Made by a program: the position numbers and the translations under genes. Below, in pieces: positions 8,305 through 14,336 of a DNA stretch of 14,336 nt (position 1 is its first letter; each line of letters begins with the position of its first letter). Where the stretch lies: the UHGV virus genome UHGV-0226239, one strand, 5' to 3'. The notes under the pieces are model-generated. The model saw only the letters and a list, made by a program, of their open reading frames with translations. It ran no database searches and was not told the origin of the DNA. Origin of the DNA: a virus.

Positions 8305-8769
8305 ATGAAGTTTGTTGCGCCAGAACAGGCACCGGAACAGGCGGAAATCATCAGAAATACGCCGTTCTGGCCTGATGTGGACCTGTCGGAGTTTCGCAGT
8401 GTCATGCGCACTGACGGCACGGTGACGCAGCCGCGTTTAAAGCAGGTTGCGCTGTCGGCAATTTCGGAGGTCAACGCAGAGCTGTATGAGTTTCGCAGAC
8501 GCCAGCAGATGCTGGGATATGTCTCGCTGGCAGAGGTTCCTGCAGAACAGCTGGACGGGAAAAGTGAGCGCATTCAGCACTATTTCAACGCGGTTTACTG
8601 CTGGGCACGCGCCATGCTCAACGAACGTTACCAGGACTATGACGCCACGGCATCCGGTGTGAAGCGGGGCGAGGAACTGGCGGAAGCCAGCGGTGATTTA
8701 TGGCGTGACGCCCGCTGGGCCATCAGCCGGGTGCAGGACGCGCCGCACTGCACAGTGGAGCTTATCTGA
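8305..8769 (+). CDS. L: Head completion/stabilisation protein, P2 gpL-like, 154 aa from ATG 8305
   Basis: AGGAGG RBS 7 nt before ATG 8305; the ORF-track start at 8242 lacks an RBS. C-terminal DLWRDARWAISRVQ...HCTVELI resembles P2 gpL. Confidence 0.85.
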   Translation: MKFVAPEQAPEQAEIIRNTPFWPDVDLSEFRSVMRTDGTVTQPRLKQVALSAISEVNAELYEFRRRQQMLGYVSLAEVPAEQLDGKSERIQHYFNAVYCWARAMLNERYQDYDATASGVKRGEELAEASGDLWRDARWAISRVQDAPHCTVELI

Positions 8770-8972
8770 TGAAAGTGCGTGCGCATCAGTATGACACGGT
8801 GGACGCGCTTTGCTGGCGTCATTACGGGCGCACGCAGGGTGTCACGGAGCAGGTACTGAAGGCAAATCCGGGGCTTGCCGAATACGGCCCCTTTTTACCT
8901 CACGGGCTGCAGGTGGAGCTGCCGGACATTCCGACCACCACCACCGTGCAGACCGTCCAGCTATGGGACTGA
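8769..8972 (+). CDS. X: Tail protein X, P2 gpX-like (LysM-like), 67 aa
   Basis: 67 aa, the same length as P2 gpX; the motif HYGRTQGVTEQVLKANPGLAEYGPFLPHG...ELPD resembles gpX; start overlaps the L stop. Confidence 0.85.
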   Translation: MKVRAHQYDTVDALCWRHYGRTQGVTEQVLKANPGLAEYGPFLPHGLQVELPDIPTTTTVQTVQLWD

Positions 8973-8975
8973 ATT

Positions 8976-9191
8976 ATGACGCTTGAGCGAATCAGCGCCT
9001 TTATCACGTATTGCATCGCCGTCGTGCTGGCCTGGCTGGGCGATTTGTCCATCAAGGATGCCTCAACGCTGGGCGGCCTGATGATCGGTGTGCTGATGCT
9101 GGCTATCAACTGGTACTACAAACACAAAGCCTACCAGCTTCTGCGCGACGGGCAGATCACGCGGGAGGACTATGAATCCATCAATCGTTAA
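8976..9191 (+). CDS. Holin, class II / pinholin-like, 71 aa with two predicted TMDs
   Basis: Two hydrophobic segments (ISAFITYCIAVVLAWLG and LGGLMIGVLMLAINWYY) followed by a charged C-terminal tail; sits immediately upstream of and overlapping the endolysin gene, in the position of P2 Y. Confidence 0.7.
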   Translation: MTLERISAFITYCIAVVLAWLGDLSIKDASTLGGLMIGVLMLAINWYYKHKAYQLLRDGQITREDYESINR

Positions 9192-9684
9192 ACGCTGCCT
9201 TGTCGGGACCGTGCTGGCTATTGCTGCCACGCTGCCGGGTTTTCAGCAGCTTCACACCTCCGTGGAGGGGCTGAAACTGATTGCCGATTACGAAGGCTGT
9301 CGTCTGCAGCCGTATCAGTGCAGCGCGGGTGTCTGGACCGACGGCATTGGTAATACGTCGGGCGTCATTCCCGGCAAAACCATTACGGAGCGACAGGCAG
9401 CGGAAGGGCTGATCTCCAACGTGCTGCGTGTGGAGCGGGCGCTGGAAAGGTGTGTGAAGCAACAGCCGCCGCAGAAGGTGTATGACGCGGTGGTGTCGTT
9501 TGCCTTCAACGTGGGAACGGGCAATGCCTGCAGTTCCACGCTGGTGAAATTACTCAATCAGCGGCGCTGGGCGGATGCGTGCCGACAGTTGCCGCGCTGG
9601 GTTTATGTAAAAGGTGTGTTTAATCAGGGGCTGGATAACCGCCGTGCGCGGGAGATGGCCTGGTGTTTACAGGGAGCAAACTGA
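9172..9684 (+). CDS. Endolysin, GH24 T4-lysozyme-like, with an N-terminal SAR (signal-anchor-release) segment, 170 aa
   Basis: Weakly hydrophobic Gly/Ala-rich N-terminus (CLVGTVLAIAATLPGF); catalytic motif E-x8-C-x5-T in YEGCRLQPYQCSAGVWT; FAFNVGTGN block typical of phage lysozymes; GGGAGG RBS upstream. Confidence 0.85.
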   Translation: MNPSIVKRCLVGTVLAIAATLPGFQQLHTSVEGLKLIADYEGCRLQPYQCSAGVWTDGIGNTSGVIPGKTITERQAAEGLISNVLRVERALERCVKQQPPQKVYDAVVSFAFNVGTGNACSSTLVKLLNQRRWADACRQLPRWVYVKGVFNQGLDNRRAREMAWCLQGAN

Positions 9685-9685
9685 A

Positions 9686-10063
9686 ATGAAAAAGAAATTA
9701 ATCAGCGGACTGTTTCTGATGTTATGGATGGCGCTGTTAATCGCAGCAATGGTGTATCCGCAGGGGATTTTTCCGGTACTGGCAGCATCTGGTGTCTGGG
9801 TAGCCTGTCTGCTGACATGGGTGGTAATTCCGGTAGCACTGGCTGCGTTAATTAAGAATGGCTCGCTCTGGCAGGAGTTGAGGGCATCTTTGCTGAAGAC
9901 AATTACCCGAAAAGAAAACGTATTTATCAGCTGGGTGATGCGATTGCTGATTGTCGTAAGTCTCGCCTGGACGGGGTGGGCTATTACCCTGGTCTTTTAT
10001 CTGCTGACCGTTATTGCCTTCTGGATCACCCGTAATCAGATGGCGCAACAGGTAGCAGCATGA
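9686..10063 (+). CDS. lysA: LysA-like membrane protein (lysis timing), 125 aa from ATG 9686
   Basis: AGGGAG RBS 9 nt upstream of ATG 9686; about four predicted TMDs; position after the endolysin as in P2. The ORF-track start at 9614 overlaps the endolysin and is less likely. Confidence 0.7.
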   Translation: MKKKLISGLFLMLWMALLIAAMVYPQGIFPVLAASGVWVACLLTWVVIPVALAALIKNGSLWQELRASLLKTITRKENVFISWVMRLLIVVSLAWTGWAITLVFYLLTVIAFWITRNQMAQQVAA

Positions 10064-10488
10064 ACCGGTTGCTGCTGGTTGTGCTGGCGTTATTACTGGC
10101 GGCGCTGGGCTGGCAGACGTGGCGGCTGGCTGATGCCAGCCAGACCATCAGCACGCAGGCAGACGAGCTGCAGCGCCAAAGCCAGGCACTGGCAAAGAGC
10201 AACAGCCAGCTTATCAGCCTGTCCATTCTGACTGAAACCAATAACCGGGAGCAGGCGCGGCTCTATGCCGACGCAGAACAGACCAGCGCACTGCTGAGAC
10301 AACGACAACGCCGGATGGAGGAACTGAAACGTGAGAACGAGGATTTACGCCGCTGGGCTGATACTCCTTTGCCTGCTGACATTATCCGGCTGCGGGAACG
10401 TCCGGCACTCACCGGAGGTGCAGCTTACCGTCAGTGGTTGTCCGCGAGTGACGCCGTGTCGGCTGGATCAGGCAACGCCGCGCACTAA
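10060..10488 (+). CDS. lysB: LysB, Rz-like inner-membrane spanin (i-spanin), 142 aa
   Basis: N-terminal TMD (LLLVVLALLLAALGW) followed by a charged, Gln/Arg-rich helical periplasmic domain; ATG overlaps the lysA stop. Confidence 0.75.
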   Translation: MNRLLLVVLALLLAALGWQTWRLADASQTISTQADELQRQSQALAKSNSQLISLSILTETNNREQARLYADAEQTSALLRQRQRRMEELKRENEDLRRWADTPLPADIIRLRERPALTGGAAYRQWLSASDAVSAGSGNAAH

Positions 10489-10621
10489 TGGTGATCTGAA
10501 CGCGTTGCTGGATGAAACGGAGGCCGCCTGGGCGGTCTGTGCAGACAAAGTGGACATGATTATTGCGTGTCAGGAGCGAAACAGTGAACAAACCACAATC
10601 CCTGCGCCACGCCCTCAATAA
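10331..10621 (+). CDS. lysC: LysC, Rz1-like outer-membrane lipoprotein spanin (o-spanin), 96 aa, overlapping lysB in another frame
   Basis: GTG start at 10331; lipoprotein signal with lipobox LSGC; begins inside lysB in a different frame and extends past its stop, the overlapped spanin architecture seen in P2. Confidence 0.7.
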   Translation: MRTRIYAAGLILLCLLTLSGCGNVRHSPEVQLTVSGCPRVTPCRLDQATPRTNGDLNALLDETEAAWAVCADKVDMIIACQERNSEQTTIPAPRPQ

Positions 10622-11015
10622 AGCGGTGCCTTATGTCCGCAATAACCCGGACAAACTGCATCTGTTTGTGGATAACGGTTCGCTGGTTGCCACGGGGGCC
10701 AGCTCTATGTCGTGGGAGTACCGTTACACCCTGAACGCGGTGATTGAGGATTTCAGCGGCGACCAGAATCTGCTGATGGCCCCGGTTTTGCTGTGGCTGA
10801 GGGATAACCAGCCCGATGCCATCAATAACCCGGCGTTACGGAAAAAACTATTCACCTTTGAGGTGGATATTCTGCGCAACGATGTCTGTGATATCAGCCT
10901 GAACCTGCAACTGACAGAGCGTGTGCTGGTCAGCACTGACGGCAGTGTGTCAAGTGTTGAAGCGGTAGCGGAACCCGATGAACCAGAAGAAATGTGGACG
11001 GTGAAACGTGGCTGA
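10584..11015 (+). CDS. R: Tail completion protein, P2 gpR-like, about 143 aa from GTG 10584
   Basis: N-terminus VNKPQSLRHAL...LHLFVDNGS resembles the gpR N-terminus; AGGAGC lies 7 nt before GTG 10584. The ORF-track ATG at 10563 is an alternative start. Confidence 0.8.
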   Translation: MNKPQSLRHALNKAVPYVRNNPDKLHLFVDNGSLVATGASSMSWEYRYTLNAVIEDFSGDQNLLMAPVLLWLRDNQPDAINNPALRKKLFTFEVDILRNDVCDISLNLQLTERVLVSTDGSVSSVEAVAEPDEPEEMWTVKRG

Positions 11016-11454
11016 ATTACAGAAGGTGGACGACTGGCTGAGTGCTTTGCTGGCGAATCTGGAGCCAGCCGCAAGAAGCCGCATGATGCGCCAGCTGGCG
11101 CAGGAACTGCGCCGGACACAGCAGCAGAATATCAGGATGCAGCGCAACCCTGACGGCAGCAGCTATGAACCGCGACGGGTAACAGCACGCAGTAAAAAAG
11201 GCCGTATCAAACGTCAGATGTTTGCAAAGCTGCGCACCACAAAATACCTGAAAACTGCCGCCAGCGCGGATTCTGCCAGCGTACAGTTTGAAGGTAAGGT
11301 ACAGCGCATTGCCCGCGTTCACCATTACGGCCTGCGTGATCGCGTCAGTCGAAAAGGACCGGAAGTACGATACGCAGAGCGTCGTTTACTTGGAATGAAT
11401 GAATATGCAGAAAATATAGTAAAAGATATATTGTTTCAGTTGTTAATAAAATGA
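11008..11454 (+). CDS. S: Tail completion protein, P2 gpS-like, 148 aa; the last ~20 codons are AT-rich and probably chimeric
   Basis: GTG start overlapping the R stop; motifs LRRTQQQNIRMQRNPDGS and QRIARVHHYGLRDRVSRKGPEVRY resemble gpS; base composition changes abruptly near 11388. Confidence 0.85.
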   Translation: MAELQKVDDWLSALLANLEPAARSRMMRQLAQELRRTQQQNIRMQRNPDGSSYEPRRVTARSKKGRIKRQMFAKLRTTKYLKTAASADSASVQFEGKVQRIARVHHYGLRDRVSRKGPEVRYAERRLLGMNEYAENIVKDILFQLLIK

Positions 11455-11618
11455 TGTGACTAAACCACATCATTTATTGCTGACTGAAAACCACGTCTTT
11501 TGGGCGTGGTCATCAACTGGTTTTGGCTCTACATTATTGCCTTTGAATTTAAATGTTACAAAACTGGCAGTGGATTCTTTTTAAAGGTTTTGGTGCGCCC
11601 TTTTAGGATGTAATCAAT

Positions 11619-11645
11619 ACCGCCTTCTTAGAAGGCGGGTTTTTA
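11619..11645. terminator. Intrinsic terminator hairpin between convergent S (+) and the HNH gene (-)
   Basis: CCGCCTTC-TTA-GAAGGCGG stem-loop followed by GTTTTTACT on the plus strand; lies 3' of both convergent genes. Confidence 0.55.
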
Positions 11646-11648
11646 CTA

Positions 11649-12302
11649 CTAATCCATAAATGGTTCAAGAATTGGACCTAATTCAGCATCTTCCATAATG
11701 ATCCATCTGCAAAATGATGAAAAAGCTGCGTCTCTTTTTATCATCATCTTCATTTTTTCAATTAAGTATTTTTTTTGTTCTGTTGGAGTATCTTCTTCAT
11801 AATATTCATTAATATTTTTAATTAGTTTTTGGGTTGTTTTCACTACTTGAGTACGAAGTGCCGCAGAAGTTAATTTTTTACTCATGGTATGATCGCTATT
11901 ATATACTTTCTCAAGTAACTCTGCGGTCGTCTGCGTTTCAATATCATTAAATAGTGCTGTTACTGTTATTTTTTTTGCTTTATAAGAATATCCTGGGAGT
12001 AATTTTACTCGATCCCATACCTTTTCTTTACAGCAATCAAGAATGTTGTCATATTTTGATAGTTTTATATTGTTACATCTGGAACATGATAGATATAAAT
12101 TATCCCAATCAAAAGCTCTTTCCACATCATCACCCTTGGGTTTAAAATGTTCAATGTTTATATCCAAAGGGTTCTTTGTTTCGCAAATGTAACATTTTCC
12201 ATAAAAGCATTCCTGTAGTGCTTCATGTACATCAGCACCATCATAACGTGCTTTCTTGGAAAGAGACTTTGGTGCAGGATATGTTCTATTAACCTTGAAC
12301 AT
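11649..12302 (-). CDS. HNH endonuclease-domain protein, 217 aa (Septu PtuB-like)
   Basis: HNH/His-Me finger signature CYICE...IEHFKPKG...NLYLSCSRCNN (two CxxC pairs bracketing His and Asn); AGGAG RBS 5 nt upstream; the ATG overlaps the stop of the upstream ATPase gene (TAATG); about 30% GC. Confidence 0.8.
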   Translation of the reverse strand: MFKVNRTYPAPKSLSKKARYDGADVHEALQECFYGKCYICETKNPLDINIEHFKPKGDDVERAFDWDNLYLSCSRCNNIKLSKYDNILDCCKEKVWDRVKLLPGYSYKAKKITVTALFNDIETQTTAELLEKVYNSDHTMSKKLTSAALRTQVVKTTQKLIKNINEYYEEDTPTEQKKYLIEKMKMMIKRDAAFSSFCRWIIMEDAELGPILEPFMD

Positions 12303-13531
12303 TATTTCTCCTGAGAATTTGCTTTTTTATATTTTAGTATCTGCATTTTTGCATAGTCAATAAATGCACTTGCATGGATGTCCATGGATTCATCTAAAGG
12401 TGCTAAGGATTGTATTATGTTATTGGCAGTTTCAATATTGTTGTTGTTAATATTGTCAATAATATCTTGAAGTTGTTCTAACTTATCTGAAAGAACTTTA
12501 GATATTGGACTTACTCCGAATAATTCTTGAAGGATGATACCATAAGAATATGAAGACACATCACTAATTTTCGCGTTGGTCGATAGATCATAAATGATGG
12601 CATTTGTGACGGATGTAACAACAAACGGAGAATGTGTAGTGACAATGAATTGTACTTTAGGAAAGGAGTGACTAAAAAATCTTAATATTTGCTTTTGCAA
12701 AGAAACATGTAAATGCGCATCTATTTCATCAATAAAAATAATACCTTCGATACTGTCAGGTGTTAAACCCCACATTTCTACTCTCATTATTAAGTCAGCG
12801 TAAATTCTCAATATTGATGAGTGGCCAGAAGATAATGTTTGAAAAGTAAACTTATCTTTACCATCTTGATTGAGATAAAATTTTCCTTCGTTACTATCAA
12901 ACGTTAGTAAGAGGTTTTTATCTTCAAAAAGTTCCTGCATATCAGTTTCAATTTTATCAAACCATTTCTGTATCCGCTGAGCTTTCTTATGGTCATTATC
13001 AAAAGAAATTGCATAGCTCTGAGCTGTTTTTAAACTAACCAAATAATTCTCAAAGAAATCATCACCATCTACTTCATTAGAAAAATGTGATTTTTCATTA
13101 ATTAAAGCCGATAGCCTAGGAACGGCAATTGGCGAGGTAATTGATGCTTCACGTAGAGCTTTGTGAAATCTCAATAGTGAACGTGTTTCACCTTCTTTTT
13201 CTTTTGTTTCTATTCTAATGGCTTTTAATTGTTCAATTTTTAATTCAATGTTTTTTATTTCTTCAGAATAAAAGTTGTAATTAACGTCGTCACGCCCGCC
13301 GTTATTTAAGTGATATTTGTAGGACTCTAACGTATTGTATAAATTATTGATGTTATGATCATTAGGTCTATCTATCTTATTTTTAAGGAAATCATAAATA
13401 GATCTAATAAAACTAGTTTTTCCACACCCGTTACCACCAGTTATTATGAGATTTTTACCGTCAAGCAATAAGTTTGCTGTCTTATTAGTGTATGGAATTG
13501 GAGCATAAATTTCATTTATTGATGTAAGCAT
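12302..13531 (-). CDS. ABC-type / AAA_21-like ATPase, about 409 aa from ATG 13531 (Septu PtuA-like)
   Basis: Walker A (GGNGCGKTS), signature-like LSSGHSS, Walker B (IIFIDEIDAHLH) and H-loop (VTTHSP) motifs. The ORF-track start at 13630 would overlap gene V and its promoter; the internal ATG at 13531 with an AAGGGAA RBS is preferred. Confidence 0.8.
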   Translation of the reverse strand: MLTSINEIYAPIPYTNKTANLLLDGKNLIITGGNGCGKTSFIRSIYDFLKNKIDRPNDHNINNLYNTLESYKYHLNNGGRDDVNYNFYSEEIKNIELKIEQLKAIRIETKEKEGETRSLLRFHKALREASITSPIAVPRLSALINEKSHFSNEVDGDDFFENYLVSLKTAQSYAISFDNDHKKAQRIQKWFDKIETDMQELFEDKNLLLTFDSNEGKFYLNQDGKDKFTFQTLSSGHSSILRIYADLIMRVEMWGLTPDSIEGIIFIDEIDAHLHVSLQKQILRFFSHSFPKVQFIVTTHSPFVVTSVTNAIIYDLSTNAKISDVSSYSYGIILQELFGVSPISKVLSDKLEQLQDIIDNINNNNIETANNIIQSLAPLDESMDIHASAFIDYAKMQILKYKKANSQEK

Positions 13532-13618
13532 ATATTCCCTTGTGTCGTTAACAGTACAACTACAACACTGATAATAATACAACTTATTGAGATACAGTTC
13601 ACCTTTAAGGGGGGAAGG
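13532..13618. promoter_or_regulatory. Predicted V late promoter (P_V) with TGT-N12-ACA at 13541-13558, overlapping the divergent promoter/5' UTR of the ATPase-HNH operon
   Basis: TGTgtcgttaacagtACA read directly; its centre is about 55 bp upstream of a plausible start just before the V RBS (AAGGGGGGAAGG). A TATTAT -10-like hexamer on the minus strand (13574-13579) is a candidate promoter element for the divergent cargo operon. Confidence 0.4.
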
Positions 13619-14197
13619 GTGAACGCACAATTAACCGAAATCATGCGCCTTATCACCAACCTGATCCGCACTGGGGTAGTCACCGAAGTGGACAGGGAAA
13701 ACTGGCTTTGCCGAGTGAAAACGGGCGAGCTTGAAACTAACTGGATCAGTTGGCTGACGCTGCGTGCAGGAAATGCCCGGACATGGTGGCGACCATCGGA
13801 AGGTGAGCAGGTGGTGCTGCTGAGTCTGGGGGGCAATCTGGAAACGGCCTTTGCGCTGCCCGCTGTCTATTCGAATCAGTTTGCGCCACCGTCGACGTCG
13901 GCGGACGCCTGTGTGACAGAATATCCTGACGGTGGCTGGTTTGAATACGAACCTGCCACCGGGCGCTGGTATGTCAGGGGCATCAAATCCATGGTCATTG
14001 AGGCTGCCGATAACATCACCCTGAAAACCAGTGAGTTTGTGCTGGAGGCTGAGTGCACGCGTATTAACAGCGAAGTGGTGGTCAATGGTGGCGTTACTCA
14101 GGGCGGCGGAGCGATGAGTTCTAACGGGATCGTGGTTGATGCGCATCAGCATACTGGCGTCCTGAAAGGCGGCGATACAACCGGAGGCCCGGTATGA
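13619..14197 (+). CDS. V: Baseplate assembly/spike protein, P2 gpV-like, 192 aa
   Basis: GTG start with a strong RBS; motifs LTLRAGNARTWW.PSEGEQVVLL...GGN.ETAF.LP and a C-terminal SNG...H.HTG block resemble gpV. Confidence 0.85.
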   Translation: MNAQLTEIMRLITNLIRTGVVTEVDRENWLCRVKTGELETNWISWLTLRAGNARTWWRPSEGEQVVLLSLGGNLETAFALPAVYSNQFAPPSTSADACVTEYPDGGWFEYEPATGRWYVRGIKSMVIEAADNITLKTSEFVLEAECTRINSEVVVNGGVTQGGGAMSSNGIVVDAHQHTGVLKGGDTTGGPV

Positions 14198-14336
14198 CGC
14201 TTTATAGCGGGATGAACAATACCAGCGGTAAAGCCATTACTGATATTGACCATCTGCGCCAGTCGGTGCGGGACATTTTGCTGACGCCGCAGGGTAGCCG
14301 TATTGCCCGTCGGGAATATGGTTCCCTGCTGTCGGA
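14194..14336 (+). CDS. W: Baseplate wedge protein, P2 gpW-like (GPW/gp25 family), 5' partial; continues beyond the window
   Basis: ATG at 14194 overlaps the V stop (ATGA). Translation MTLYSGMNNTSGKAITDIDHLRQSVRDILLTPQGSRIARREYGSLLS resembles the gpW N-terminus; no stop before the window end. Confidence 0.8.
   Translation, partial: MTLYSGMNNTSGKAITDIDHLRQSVRDILLTPQGSRIARREYGSLLS

Larger units (their letters stand above)
1..14336. mobile_element. P2-like (Peduovirus-type) prophage/phage segment: cos-proximal accessory region, packaging/head module, lysis cassette, tail completion genes and start of baseplate module
   Basis: Gene order and orientation Q(-) P(-) | O N M L X holin lysozyme lysA lysB lysC R S [cargo] V W match the P2 late-gene layout; translated ORFs resemble P2 proteins as I remember them; TGT-N12-ACA late-promoter dyads are present. 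Confidence 0.85.

Noticed and set aside
8121-8573. 150-aa minus-strand ORF spanning the M-L junction
   Set aside because: Antisense to M and L; Cys/Ser/Ala-rich low-complexity translation typical of GC-rich shadow frames.
9614-9685. Upstream extension of LysA from ATG 9614
   Set aside because: Overlaps the endolysin 3' end in another frame; ATG 9686 has an AGGGAG RBS.
10563-10583. ATG 10563 as the start of R
   Set aside because: The GTG at 10584 aligns with the gpR N-terminus and has an RBS; kept as an alternative only.
10724-11325. Minus-strand ORFs (131, 65 and 102 aa) antisense to R and S
   Set aside because: Shadow ORFs opposite well-supported tail completion genes.
13532-13630. Upstream extension of the ATPase ORF to ATG 13630
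   Set aside because: It would overlap the V start codon and the predicted P_V promoter; the internal ATG 13531 has an RBS and gives a typical distance to the Walker A motif.
1-14336. CRISPR arrays, tRNA genes, integrase or att sites
   Set aside because: No repeat-spacer periodicity, no tRNA-like cloverleaf and no recombinase ORF visible; the window appears internal to the phage genome.

Overview
This 14.3-kb window is a segment of a P2-like (Peduovirus-type) temperate phage or prophage from an enterobacterium. No database search was possible; all calls come from reading the sequence and the ORF track, plus remembered family motifs. The GC-rich backbone (about 55-60% GC by eye) runs in canonical P2 order: portal Q and large terminase P on the minus strand, then scaffold O, major capsid N, small terminase M, head completion L, tail protein X, a lysis cassette, tail completion R and S, and baseplate V and W (W truncated by the window end) on the plus strand. 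Two AT-rich cargo islands (about 30% GC) interrupt this backbone. Island 1 (about 1375-2712) is a single 381-aa gene with PIN-like nuclease motifs, its own RBS and terminator, sitting between a cos-like site and the 3' end of Q. Island 2 (about 11388-13600) is a translationally coupled minus-strand pair, an ABC-type ATPase plus an HNH nuclease (Septu PtuA/PtuB-like), inserted between S and V and abutting the predicted V late promoter. Left of the cos-like site lie a DinI-like gene and a strongly acidic 111-aa ORF. The two cargo islands are the best candidates for an anti-phage system; the PIN-like gene is the one I cannot assign to a named family.
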